Shown here: positions 28,401 to 36,863 of the stretch, one piece after another
How positions within the stretch are numbered: the first letter of the stretch is position 1
How the letters are laid out: the number at the start of each line of letters is the position of its first letter
Assembly: GCA_035759665.1 (NCBI GenBank)
Contig: DASTUM010000128.1
Coordinates: 1 to 48,128 of the forward strand
Direction: 5' to 3'
Length of the DNA: 48,128 nt
Source of the DNA: Micavibrio sp.
Lineage (GTDB): Bacteria; Pseudomonadota; Alphaproteobacteria; Micavibrionales; Micavibrionaceae
Notes under the pieces: generated by a model
What the model was told of the DNA's origin: nothing
The model's database searches: none
What the model saw: only the letters and a program-made list of their open reading frames with translations
Program-made: the position numbers and the translations under genes

Positions 28401-28512
28401 AATGCTGGGCGGCGTAAGATCCGGCGTGGGCGGCATCGGCAGGGGACTCGGCGAGGCCTTGAACATGGCCAAAGGCGATACTCCGGCCCAAGGGGGAGGT
28501 AGCCAGCAATGA
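25459..28512 (+). CDS. DotA/TraY-like polytopic membrane protein, paralogue 1 of 3 (with Gly/Asn/Gln-rich insertions)
   Basis: ORF 25420..28512. I start at 25459 (MAVNTQNINAKSVARYVLLPG), which follows an AGGGGA Shine-Dalgarno and aligns with the N-termini of the two paralogues. N-terminal TM helices are followed by ETAQTGVPFGRRFAKLYAPFRL, a roughly 500-aa hydrophilic middle, and a C-terminal TM bundle with PFLPFMYFFFAVGSWVKSIFEAMVGVPLWALAHLHIDGDGLPG. Confidence 0.85.
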   Translation: MAVNTQNINAKSVARYVLLPGILPRVHELVSSGFGYLAFLFASVYRTVRILPPNHPYLNPDNIGKFGVLQVIAAAANNLQIDRKHLDQIVVFFALLAGLILIFLQFALLLFAVFAGHAFAQTQGGAPFESMFVTQYPASDIAFLMLDYVFGIPGGSEYGPNVGWFGSAAIPDGPTSFHRGLHALFNFYNLAILLVGVLIFLYYIVVVVIETAQTGVPFGRRFAKLYAPFRLITAIGLLVPLNYGFNGAQYITLYAAKIGSSFATNGWLLYNDALAGSAGGTGGAQGGTQGGNTNNPIGAPNASLVARPRTPSIDELLYFSSVYHACREMYGIWQAKDTQNPSKGGVCIKPYVIYNGQAHEFISGGGGSACGNNQGQGQGQSSGLSYNDAKDIFHNNDMEIVLGEWDTKEHASYVGGVRPYCGKITVSLSNDNPSIYTSQSTGGGGGAQQSTGVRAVENMWYTVLQTILKNEGAFAAFGERAAHFYVPSTSQHDPCWRSGDLKGSGGGGGGDCSETNWFPPAAAFVPQMNMFRAQNAALVMEHYTTFRNNLNLSLQQDLRRRGWGGAGIWYNNIADLNGTFSSAIYATPTVKQFPEVMEYVKREKQTQDTKSGICSTYDPNLADNKPVAFTKTNELDIAKALNATYKYHVCDRPSQDSISNQAAGGGNTGNTGNGNNGDCADQSTSSVRGMTNNTFVNVVSLIFGINGLFDIRCNSKMDQATGMPQVHPLAQLAVVGKSLIENAIRSMGMAVGTSFGGGIIGVLSPALGPALESASGMFVGIATIGLTAGFLLYYILPFLPFMYFFFAVGSWVKSIFEAMVGVPLWALAHLHIDGDGLPGRAAMGGYFLILEITLRPIFTVFGLIGGMAVFGAMATGLNNLFDLVVVNITGATPSPNSGSSLLLGSVESVRRGVIDQFFFTIMYAVLLYMMATTSFKMIDQIPQHVMRWIGSSVPIFNDDKQDPTSGLTTYTALAGNQIVPQMLGGVRSGVGGIGRGLGEALNMAKGDTPAQGGGSQQ

Positions 28513-31226
28513 TGGCCGCATTCGAGATGTTTAAAGGGGTAACCAAAGGACAAGTGGCGCGCTATATGCTGACGCCGCAGATCGGGCCGCGCCTGAACCG
28601 TTTATATCAGGACGGTTTCTCCTCTTTGGCCTATATGATCGCGCTGGTTTACCGCGCCGTAAATATTCTGCCCGAAGGGCATTTCGCCTTGCGCCGCGAG
28701 AACCGGGCGCATCTTGGAATACGCGAAGTCATGGCGGCGGCGGCGGCGGAAATCAAATTTACCCGAAGGAACATAGACCAGATCATCATCTATTTTGCGA
28801 TCATGGTGGGAATGGCGCTGCTGGTCGGGCAATTCTTCCTGACGCTAGGATACCTGATGGTCAACCCCGCCATGGCGTCGGTGGCGAGCATGCCCACTAA
28901 TTACAGCGACTTTTTTGCCCAGCATACCGACACGGATGTTGCATACCGGCTTCTCTTTACCGTCTTCGGCGTGCCGGATCTGTTTTCCGTCGGCGGCATG
29001 ACAGCGAGATCCGCCTACCACACCGCCCTGCATTCCCTCTTCCAGCTTTACAGCGTCGGGCTTTTGGTCGTCGCGGCCATCATCATTTGCTATTTTATTT
29101 TCGCGATTGTCGTCGAAACGGCGCAGACAGGCGTTCCGTTCGGCAAGCGATACAACCATGTATGGGCGCCGATCCGGCTTGTCTTTGCCCTGGGCCTGCT
29201 GATTCCAATCGGCTACGGCTTGAACGCGTCGCAATGGATCACGCTTTATTCCGCCAAGTTCGGCTCCGACTTCGCCACGCGCGGCTGGAATATTTTCAAT
29301 CAAACGATGAACGATGCCATGATCCAAAATCAGGATGAGCGGGTTGGCAGGCCGCAGGCGCCTGAAATGATGAATCTCATGGCGTTCATGATGACGACGC
29401 TGACCTGCAAACATCTCTATACCACTTTGTATTCGGGGAACGGGGGCCAGAATGGCAAGCCGATGCAAATCAATGCCTATCTGGTCAAAAACCCCGCCGA
29501 AGGAGAGGGTGTCCCGATCAGCTCCGGCAATGACGGATTTACCCAGGCGCAGAAATACTTCGCCAACGGCGATATCGTCATTCGCTTCGGAGAGCACAAC
29601 CCGGACGTCCATACGAAAGAACGCGGAAAAGTTTATCCTTACTGCGGTGAATTGATTATCATGTCCAGCGACGTCCACTCGGAAAATCAGGACGGCGCTT
29701 ATTCCATGCAGCAATATTATTTCTCGCTTGTCGAGAAAATATTCAATAGCAACGCATTTCAGATCAATACGGAAGCAGAAAATTTTGCAAAAAAATACTC
29801 GACTTATCTGGGAAATCCTTCCGCCCCAATGCCCAAACCTGCTTTTAAAAGCACATTGAACACGCAGGTAAGCAAGGAGGTCGAAGATCAGATCGCGCGA
29901 GCCGTTACCCTCCAGGCGCAAAGCGCAGAGTGGCAAAAGGGCTTACAAGAAATACAGAATCTCGGATGGGGCGGCGCTGGCCTTTGGTATAACAAAATCG
30001 CCCAGATCAACGGGGCACTGGCAAACTCCGTTGCCGCAACGCCTCAAATCCGCTCCATGCCCGCCGTCATGGAGTATGTGAAGCTGAAGCAATTGCAGCA
30101 AAACAAGGATAACCCCCAAGCCCACGATCTCACTTTGTCCGACCACAAGGCGATACAGTTCGACACGGAGCTTGATCGCAACGTTGCAAACGTCCTTTCC
30201 TATCTCTTCCAGTACTGGACGAAGGAAGACCTCGATCAGGGGGATCTCGGCACCCAGACGCGCCGCACCAACAATATCGTCATAGACGTAATCAACAGCA
30301 TCTTCGGAACCAAGGGGCTGTTCGACATGTGCAACAGCGCCAACGTTCACCCGCTATCGCAGCTTGCCATCCTCGGCAAGGGCCTGATCGAGGCCTCTGT
30401 CCGCAACATCGCCGGCGGAACGGCGCTGAGCGCCCTCAGCATGATCAACGTTCCTTTCCTCGGCGTGGCCGCGGGCGCAGCCGGCAGTATCCTGTTGTCG
30501 GTCGCGACGATCACGCTTTCGATGGGCTTCCTGCTCTTCTACGTGATTCCGTTCATGCCGTTCCTGTATTTCTTCTTCGCGGTCGGATCGTGGGTCAAAT
30601 CGATTTTCGAAGCCATGGTCGGCGCGCCCCTCTGGGCTCTCGCCCACCTGCGGATCGACGGGGAAGACCTGCCTGGCGACGCCGCCATGCGGGGCATCTA
30701 CATGATTTTCGAAATATTCCTGCGGCCGATCCTGATCATCTTCGGGCTGCTGGCCTCGTTCATCATTTTCTCGGCCATGGTCAAAATACTAAATGAGATA
30801 TTCTCTCTGGTCGTCGTCAACCTTGCCGGTCACGATCCGACGGCGGCGTCCGTTTGCGGCCGGGGTACTGGATCGACAGCGACAGGCACCAATGAAACAC
30901 CGATGAACTATTTCCGCGGGCCGATCGACGAATTGTTCTTCACGGTTATCTACGCGATCATCGTTTATATGATCGGCATGTCCTGCTTCAAACTGATCGA
31001 CCTTATCCCGAACAACCTGCTCCGCTACATGGGTACGGACACCAAGTCGTTCAGCGATCAGGCGATCGACCCGACTGAAGGCATGATGCGCAACCTCGGC
31101 TTCGGCGCCATGTCGGTCAGCCGCACAGTGATCAGCGATATCGGCGGCAACGCGGCCGGTGCCGTCGGGCAGACGATGCGCGCCGGTATGAAAGCAGCGA
31201 GCACGCCTCCTTCAGGGAGCAACTAA
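28509..31226 (+). CDS. DotA/TraY-like polytopic membrane protein, paralogue 2 of 3
   Basis: 905-aa ORF. Its ATG overlaps the paralogue-1 stop (ATGA), with GGGGGAGG upstream. It has the same motif set: ARYMLTPQIGPR, ETAQTGVPFGKRYNHVWAPIRL, GWGGAGLWYNKIA, PFMPFLYFFFAVGSWVKSIFEAMVGAPLWALAHLRIDGEDLPG. Confidence 0.88.
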   Translation: MMAAFEMFKGVTKGQVARYMLTPQIGPRLNRLYQDGFSSLAYMIALVYRAVNILPEGHFALRRENRAHLGIREVMAAAAAEIKFTRRNIDQIIIYFAIMVGMALLVGQFFLTLGYLMVNPAMASVASMPTNYSDFFAQHTDTDVAYRLLFTVFGVPDLFSVGGMTARSAYHTALHSLFQLYSVGLLVVAAIIICYFIFAIVVETAQTGVPFGKRYNHVWAPIRLVFALGLLIPIGYGLNASQWITLYSAKFGSDFATRGWNIFNQTMNDAMIQNQDERVGRPQAPEMMNLMAFMMTTLTCKHLYTTLYSGNGGQNGKPMQINAYLVKNPAEGEGVPISSGNDGFTQAQKYFANGDIVIRFGEHNPDVHTKERGKVYPYCGELIIMSSDVHSENQDGAYSMQQYYFSLVEKIFNSNAFQINTEAENFAKKYSTYLGNPSAPMPKPAFKSTLNTQVSKEVEDQIARAVTLQAQSAEWQKGLQEIQNLGWGGAGLWYNKIAQINGALANSVAATPQIRSMPAVMEYVKLKQLQQNKDNPQAHDLTLSDHKAIQFDTELDRNVANVLSYLFQYWTKEDLDQGDLGTQTRRTNNIVIDVINSIFGTKGLFDMCNSANVHPLSQLAILGKGLIEASVRNIAGGTALSALSMINVPFLGVAAGAAGSILLSVATITLSMGFLLFYVIPFMPFLYFFFAVGSWVKSIFEAMVGAPLWALAHLRIDGEDLPGDAAMRGIYMIFEIFLRPILIIFGLLASFIIFSAMVKILNEIFSLVVVNLAGHDPTAASVCGRGTGSTATGTNETPMNYFRGPIDELFFTVIYAIIVYMIGMSCFKLIDLIPNNLLRYMGTDTKSFSDQAIDPTEGMMRNLGFGAMSVSRTVISDIGGNAAGAVGQTMRAGMKAASTPPSGSN

Positions 31227-31260
31227 GCCATGAACCGCGATATTCTCCATATGGTGCTCC

Positions 31261-33927
31261 ATGGCGAATAACCCGGGCATAACCCGCGGTCAGGCCCTGC
31301 GGTACCTGTTTCTTCCCCAAATCTTTCCCCGCGTCTCGAAATTACTGGGAAGCGGGTTCATAAACCTGCCTTACTTCATTGTGGTCGTTCTCAACACGGT
31401 GAAGATCATCCCGGACGGCCACCCCTATTTGCGCCGCGACCATCACGGGCGCTATTCGATCTTCCAGGCGCTGGCGGTCGGGGCTGACAATATCCCCTTC
31501 AACCGGAAGAATATCGATAAAATCACAATTTTCGGCACGATCCTCGTGGGCTTAGCCCTGTTGATCATGCAATTCCTGCTTTGCATCGCCGCTATCTTCA
31601 CGAACCCAGCCTTCGCATCTAATGGCCCCGGCCTTGGCCCGCGCACGGCGGAAGCGTTCATCGGCAACAATAACGCACAGTCCGACCTAGCTTTCCGTCT
31701 TCTGGATCTCGTTTTCGGAATCCCAAACATTTTCAACTCCTCCAACCAGGGCACGACACCCTTCCATTTCGGATTGCAGGCTCTTTTCGAATTCTACTCC
31801 TACGGAATCCTGCTCGTTGGGACCTTCGTCATCATCTATCTCACGACAACGATCGTTCTAGAAACGGCGCAATCCGGCGTTCCCTTTGGCCAGCGCTTTA
31901 ACAAGGCATGGGCGCCCGTCCGCCTCATCCTGTTTTTCGGGCTTTTGCTTCCGGCCAACAACGGAATCAATCTTGCGCAATATGTTGTTCTGGAATCGGC
32001 AAAGCTGGGCTCGAACGTCGCCACCAACGCCTGGCTGACCTTCGACAAGGCGGCGAACACGCCTTATCTCGGAAATGCCGCGGAACTGGTGGCGATGCCC
32101 AACCTGCCCGACCTGCAATCCTATATATCCTTCATGGCCCTTTCCCGCACCTGCTCATGGGCGGAAGGGCGGATCAACGGTTACGATGTGCGACCCTATA
32201 TCGTTTTTCCAACGGGAGATCCCGTCGATATCTCTACTTCCGTGCCGGCTTTTTCGACACTGGCCGACAGGGCAAAGGGCGGAACGCTGGTCATCCGCCT
32301 CGGCGTGCACGACAAGGAGCGATATAAGACCGAGCAAGGAAATGTCTTTCCCCAGTGCGGCGAGCTTGCCATGCCGCTCGTCGATCGCGCGCAGCCGGGT
32401 TCAGCGTTCATACAGCAAGCCTATCTGGAAACGATCCCCTGTTTCTGGACCGTAAGCTCCGGCTCGGCACTGCAGAACTGCAGCACGGATATTTTCAGCG
32501 ATATGGGACGCGATTTTACGGCGCGTTATTCAAACGCCGTCCTGCCGGAAAAAAACTATCCCAACATGGAGCCTTACCTTTGGCCGGCGCAGCGCATGTC
32601 TGTCGCGATGATGTTTAACTATGATTTAGAAGAAGCCGTTAAAGAAGGCGTAAAGCGTCAGCGCGAGCAGGGCGACTGGAACAACAACCCCGCTCTGGTA
32701 AGGGGCTGGGCCGGGGCAGGCATCTGGTTCAACCGCATCGCGGAACAGAACGGCGCCATCACCGCGGCTATCCACGCCAAGCCCGAGCCCATGCTCCTGC
32801 CCTACGTCATGGAATATATCAAAAAGGAAAAACTCCGGCAGGATAGCAACACCCCGCTGACGCAACTCTTTACGCCGATGCTTTCATCCGGAAACATGAT
32901 CCGGTTCGAAACGCCCCAGCAAAGGGACGTCGCCGTCGTTCTCAGCCAGATTTTCAAAGCCTGGGGAATAGAAGGGGTTGTTCCTTTCTATGAAAACACA
33001 CCGGTATCGTACAATCAGGGGCAGACAGGAAACGTTATCATCGACGTTTTCAACGCCATGATGGGTACGCAGGGCCTTTTCGATATGTGCCGCAACATGA
33101 ACGTGAGTCCGCTGGCGCAGCTTTCCTCGATGGGCCGCGGCCTGATCGAACACTCCATCCGCAACTTCGGCATGGCGACAGGGGCCGGGCTTCTCACCCT
33201 GCTTGATAAATCGAATTTCAAACAGACCCTCAAAGCCGCGACCGATTTCCTTCTGACCTTCGGGTCAATCGGCCTCCTGCTCGGCTTTCTGCTCTTCTAT
33301 GTTTTACCGTTCCTGCCCTTTATTTATTTCTTCTTCGCCATCATGACATGGATCAAGTCCATCTTCGAGGCCATGGTCGGAATGCCGCTCTGGGCGCTGG
33401 CGCACCTCAAGATCGACGGTGAAGGCATGCCGGGCGACGCGGCGGCCAGCGGGTATTTTTATATACTCGAAATTTTCCTGCGTCCGACGGTTATCATCGT
33501 CTCGTTCTTGGGCGGCATCATTATTTTTACCGCGATGGTGAAAGTTTTGAACCAAATCTTCTACCTCGTTCTGACCAACCTTACCGGCCATATTTCGATG
33601 GCGGGCACGACGGACTGCTTTGGCCCGCCGGGATCGCCCGGCCCGTCGGAATCGGAATTCAAACGCGGCTCCATCGACGAATTTTTTTATACAGTGATTT
33701 ATACGATCGTCGTCTACATGATCGCGCTGCCCTGCTTCAAACTGGTCGACGACATACCCGACAACATCATGCGCTGGCTCGGCGCAGGCATCAGCTCGTT
33801 CGGATCGCAAGACGGCGATCCGGCACGTGGCCTGATGACCAACGTCGCGGGCGGCGCCACCCTTATAGGCGGCCAGATGTCGGGAAGCGTCAGAAATATG
33901 GGCTTCACTACCCACAGCAAGGATTAG
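31261..33927 (+). CDS. DotA/TraY-like polytopic membrane protein, paralogue 3 of 3
   Basis: 888-aa ORF with the same motif set: LRYLFLPQIFPR, ETAQSGVPFGQRFNKAWAPVRL, GWAGAGIWFNRIA, PFLPFIYFFFAIMTWIKSIFEAMVGMPLWALAHLKIDGEGMPG. No alternative in-frame start lies upstream. Confidence 0.88.
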   Translation: MANNPGITRGQALRYLFLPQIFPRVSKLLGSGFINLPYFIVVVLNTVKIIPDGHPYLRRDHHGRYSIFQALAVGADNIPFNRKNIDKITIFGTILVGLALLIMQFLLCIAAIFTNPAFASNGPGLGPRTAEAFIGNNNAQSDLAFRLLDLVFGIPNIFNSSNQGTTPFHFGLQALFEFYSYGILLVGTFVIIYLTTTIVLETAQSGVPFGQRFNKAWAPVRLILFFGLLLPANNGINLAQYVVLESAKLGSNVATNAWLTFDKAANTPYLGNAAELVAMPNLPDLQSYISFMALSRTCSWAEGRINGYDVRPYIVFPTGDPVDISTSVPAFSTLADRAKGGTLVIRLGVHDKERYKTEQGNVFPQCGELAMPLVDRAQPGSAFIQQAYLETIPCFWTVSSGSALQNCSTDIFSDMGRDFTARYSNAVLPEKNYPNMEPYLWPAQRMSVAMMFNYDLEEAVKEGVKRQREQGDWNNNPALVRGWAGAGIWFNRIAEQNGAITAAIHAKPEPMLLPYVMEYIKKEKLRQDSNTPLTQLFTPMLSSGNMIRFETPQQRDVAVVLSQIFKAWGIEGVVPFYENTPVSYNQGQTGNVIIDVFNAMMGTQGLFDMCRNMNVSPLAQLSSMGRGLIEHSIRNFGMATGAGLLTLLDKSNFKQTLKAATDFLLTFGSIGLLLGFLLFYVLPFLPFIYFFFAIMTWIKSIFEAMVGMPLWALAHLKIDGEGMPGDAAASGYFYILEIFLRPTVIIVSFLGGIIIFTAMVKVLNQIFYLVLTNLTGHISMAGTTDCFGPPGSPGPSESEFKRGSIDEFFYTVIYTIVVYMIALPCFKLVDDIPDNIMRWLGAGISSFGSQDGDPARGLMTNVAGGATLIGGQMSGSVRNMGFTTHSKD

Positions 33928-33940
33928 TGTCAAAAGCAAA

Positions 33941-33964
33941 ACCCCCTGCAAGCAGGGGGTTTTT
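33941..33964. terminator. bidirectional rho-independent terminator between the DotA-like operon and mlaC
   Basis: ACCCCCTGC-aag-CAGGGGGT stem with AAAA before and TTTT after. It lies between the convergent stops at 33927 and 33987. Confidence 0.8.
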
Positions 33965-33986
33965 CAATTCATATCGCCCGTAACGA

Positions 33987-34646
33987 TTATTGCTGGCGCA
34001 GATGGTTCAGCAACACATCGACCTTGCCGCCACCGCGGCTGATTACGCTGGCAAAGTCCGCACGCTGGGTCTGCGACATGCTGACGCCCTCGACGACGAT
34101 ATCGACAACGCGGTAGGAACCGTTCTTGTTGCGCACGCGCCAGTCGACCTGCACCTGCGGACCGTCGCCCGGAAGGATGAAGGATGTCACGATGTAATCC
34201 TTGTCGTTTTCCTTGCGCGAGGATTTCACGACGAATTTCTGGCCTTTGTAATCGGAGAAGCGCTTGGAATAGACTTTGACGATCATATTGTTAAAAAGTT
34301 TAAGATACTCCTGCTGCTGTGCGGGCGTAGCGCTTTTCCAGTATGTGCCGAGCGCAAAGCGGCCGATCGTGTTCATGTCGAAGCTTGCATTGAGCAGCGA
34401 ACGGAATTCGGCCTTCTTGGACTCGATGCTCATGGACTGGTCGCCCAGGAAATTGATCCCGCGGTCGCCCATGCTAGAGATGAAGTTTTTCGCGCCTTCG
34501 CCCGCCTTGTCCTGCGCAGATGCGTTGACCTCGATCGCGTTCGCGCCGTTATCGACGCGCAGATCCGCAGCCAGCGCCACGCCGGAAGAGGCCAGCAAGG
34601 CCACGGCGGCGCATGCCAGAGTCAATTTTGAAAAACCTTTTTTCAT
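33987..34646 (-). CDS. mlaC: MlaC/Ttg2D-family periplasmic phospholipid-binding protein
   Basis: 219-aa ORF with a signal peptide (..GVALA/AD). Toluene-tolerance family blocks: FDMNTIGRFALGTYWKSATPAQQQEY, VKVYSKRF, YRVVDIVVEGVSM. Confidence 0.85.
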   Translation of the reverse strand: MKKGFSKLTLACAAVALLASSGVALAADLRVDNGANAIEVNASAQDKAGEGAKNFISSMGDRGINFLGDQSMSIESKKAEFRSLLNASFDMNTIGRFALGTYWKSATPAQQQEYLKLFNNMIVKVYSKRFSDYKGQKFVVKSSRKENDKDYIVTSFILPGDGPQVQVDWRVRNKNGSYRVVDIVVEGVSMSQTQRADFASVISRGGGKVDVLLNHLRQQ

Positions 34647-34787
34647 CGTCTGTCCTTTTCGTTCAGCTTTTATCGTATCTCACATCAAAAGGGCCTAAGC
34701 TAAATATATAGCATCAGGCCCCTTGAAAAAAAGTTATCAGCCCTCGGGAAGATTGCGCCGCAATATGTGGCGCAATTGTGTCTTTCC

Positions 34788-35567
34788 TTAGTTGCCGTAG
34801 TCCGGAATTTCCGGTCCGGCCGACGTGTTCGGATCCATGTCGCGAACCAGAGCCTGGCGGCGCTGGTAGTATGCGCTGCGGATAGCGGCATAGTAATCGA
34901 ACGAGTTGGCGCGCAGGTCATCGACGATGTCGAGCAACTCTTCGCGGCCGTCGATGATGGAAACACCGACGCGCGTATAATGCAGCCATTCGAGATCGTG
35001 GCTGAACATATAGATGCGAACCGGGTCTGCGAACGTATCGACGAGCATGCCCGTTCCGTCACGCAGGGTCGACGGGCCAAGGACAGGAATGATCATGTAG
35101 GGGCCGTTGCCGACGCCCCAAACGGCGAGTGTCTGGCCGAAATCCTCAGGCTCGTAGGGGATGCCGCCCATATCGGCGACGTCGAACAGACCGCCGACGC
35201 CGAGCAGCGTGTTGATGACGAAGCGTCCCGTGGCGTTGAGGAAGCCTTCACCGTCGCCCTGCAACGCCTGGTTCCCCATGATGATCGGGGATTTCAGGTT
35301 GCGCAGGAAGCTGCGAACGCTGTTGCGAACGGGTTTGGGCGTTACATAGCGATAGCCGCGTGCGACGGGCTCAAGTACGGCCTTGTCGATGCCTTCGTTG
35401 ATGGACATGACGACGCGGTTGCCGCCTTCGAACGGGTCGCTGATTTCTTCGTCGCCGACATAAACTGCGCTCTGATCCGCGCCCGTGCTCGCACAACCGG
35501 CGGCCCCCAGCGACAAGACCATCGCCGCCATCAAAATCATGAATTTCCTGGATTTTTTGTTCGTCAT
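34788..35567 (-). CDS. mlaA: MlaA/VacJ-family outer-membrane lipoprotein
   Basis: ORF 34788..35585. Lipobox LGAAGC. MlaA blocks: DPFEGGNRVVMSINEGIDKAVLEPVARGY and VRNSVRSFLRNLKSP. I start at MTNKKSRKF (35567); 35585 is possible. Confidence 0.88.
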   Translation of the reverse strand: MTNKKSRKFMILMAAMVLSLGAAGCASTGADQSAVYVGDEEISDPFEGGNRVVMSINEGIDKAVLEPVARGYRYVTPKPVRNSVRSFLRNLKSPIIMGNQALQGDGEGFLNATGRFVINTLLGVGGLFDVADMGGIPYEPEDFGQTLAVWGVGNGPYMIIPVLGPSTLRDGTGMLVDTFADPVRIYMFSHDLEWLHYTRVGVSIIDGREELLDIVDDLRANSFDYYAAIRSAYYQRRQALVRDMDPNTSAGPEIPDYGN

Positions 35568-35762
35568 TTCTCTTACTTTCCCCATCAGGCTAAATTGCTG
35601 ATGCCTAAAATATCAAAATACCCTTTACAAGCGATTAACCAAATTTCGAATTTATTCTATTGTTCTGAAAAACAATGCTTTTTCAGACTCCGTTCGCACA
35701 GATTAAAGAAACATACACGCGCCGAAAGCCGGTTCAACGGGAATCCACGCCTTTCGCACAAA

Positions 35763-36863
35763 TCATCCATCCTCTGTTGTAAGAATGACACTAATTCCAA
35801 GGCTCAGGGCGATCAGGGGCGGAAACCAGGCGGCGAGCAGGACTGGGATCTGGTCGGACGCCCCCAGCGCCTTAAGGAAGCTTGAGGCAAAAAACATAAG
35901 GAAGCCAATGACGACCCCCCCGCCGATCATCAGGGCGACAGGCTGGAAGCGCGATACCCTTAGAGAAACCGTGGCGGCCAGAACCACCATGGCCGCGAAG
36001 AGCAGCGGCTGGGCCAGAAGGCTCTGGTAATGGATGCGCAGCTTGCGCGAATCGAATCCGGTCGCCTCCATGGTGCGGATATAGGATGGGAGGGTCCAGA
36101 ACGGGGTCTGCTCCGGCGTCGAGAAGCTTTCTTCTATTTCCGTAATTGTAAGATCGGTAGCGAGCCGCTCTTCCGCAACCTTTGCCCCGGGACTGCCAGG
36201 AGCGTTGACCGTCACATCCCTGAATGTCCAGTTGCCGGGTTCGAGCTGGGCCGACTGAGAATCCGTGCGGCGGACGAAATCGCCCTTCTTCGTAAAAAAG
36301 AAGGCCGTGACATCGTTCAGTTTCCATTCCGGCATTTGCACACGCCCGGCGTGCAGGATGATGCCGCCATTATCGGTTTTCTGGCGAAGCCACAAACCCT
36401 GCTCGCTGATCGAGACTGTATTTTCCTTTTCCTGCAGATAACGCGATTCCATGGCCTGATAGCGCGTGACGAGCAGCGCGCCGATCGGGTTGATCACCGT
36501 CATGTGAAAAATGCCGATGAGCAGCGCGACTCCGATGATGGGGCCGAGAAACTGCCACACGGACAACCCCGCCGCGCGCACGATCACCAGTTCATGCCTG
36601 CGCGCCAGAAACCAGAACGTATAAAGCGCGCTGAACAAAATCGCGAACGGCAGAATGATCTGTCCGATCTCCGGCAGTTTCAGAAGTCCCATTTGCAGCA
36701 CGAGCGTGAAAGGAACGTCTTCGAACTTTGCCGCGCGGCGCAGCAATTCCACCGTGTCGAAAAGATAAACGATCGCGAGAAGAATGCCCAGCAACTGGAC
36801 GAACGACATAGCATAGGTTTTCGCAAGATAGCGGCTCAGCGTCGAGGGAAAGATTTTTTTCAT
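35763..36863 (-). CDS. lptG: LPS export ABC transporter permease LptG
   Basis: 366-aa YjgP/YjgQ-family permease (LSRYLAKTY.., 6 TM helices with a periplasmic beta-jellyroll insert). It overlaps lptF by 4 nt, in the usual lptF-lptG order. Confidence 0.88.
   Translation of the reverse strand: MKKIFPSTLSRYLAKTYAMSFVQLLGILLAIVYLFDTVELLRRAAKFEDVPFTLVLQMGLLKLPEIGQIILPFAILFSALYTFWFLARRHELVIVRAAGLSVWQFLGPIIGVALLIGIFHMTVINPIGALLVTRYQAMESRYLQEKENTVSISEQGLWLRQKTDNGGIILHAGRVQMPEWKLNDVTAFFFTKKGDFVRRTDSQSAQLEPGNWTFRDVTVNAPGSPGAKVAEERLATDLTITEIEESFSTPEQTPFWTLPSYIRTMEATGFDSRKLRIHYQSLLAQPLLFAAMVVLAATVSLRVSRFQPVALMIGGGVVIGFLMFFASSFLKALGASDQIPVLLAAWFPPLIALSLGISVILTTEDG

Noticed and set aside
25459-33927. The idea that the DotA-like cluster is a recently acquired genomic island or a remnant of an integrative conjugative element.
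   Set aside because: The window shows no integrase, relaxase, tRNA target, direct-repeat borders or obvious composition shift. The flanks are core genes with normal terminators. This cannot be fully excluded without the whole genome.
25393-33951. Long minus-strand ORFs antisense to the DotA-like genes: 25393..26325, 26860..27402, 27433..28521, 28845..29936, 29943..30350 and 33304..33951.
   Set aside because: Their translations are Arg/Gly/His/Asp-rich with no hydrophobic periodicity or recognisable motifs. They mirror strongly supported plus-strand genes. These are typical shadow ORFs of GC-rich coding DNA.
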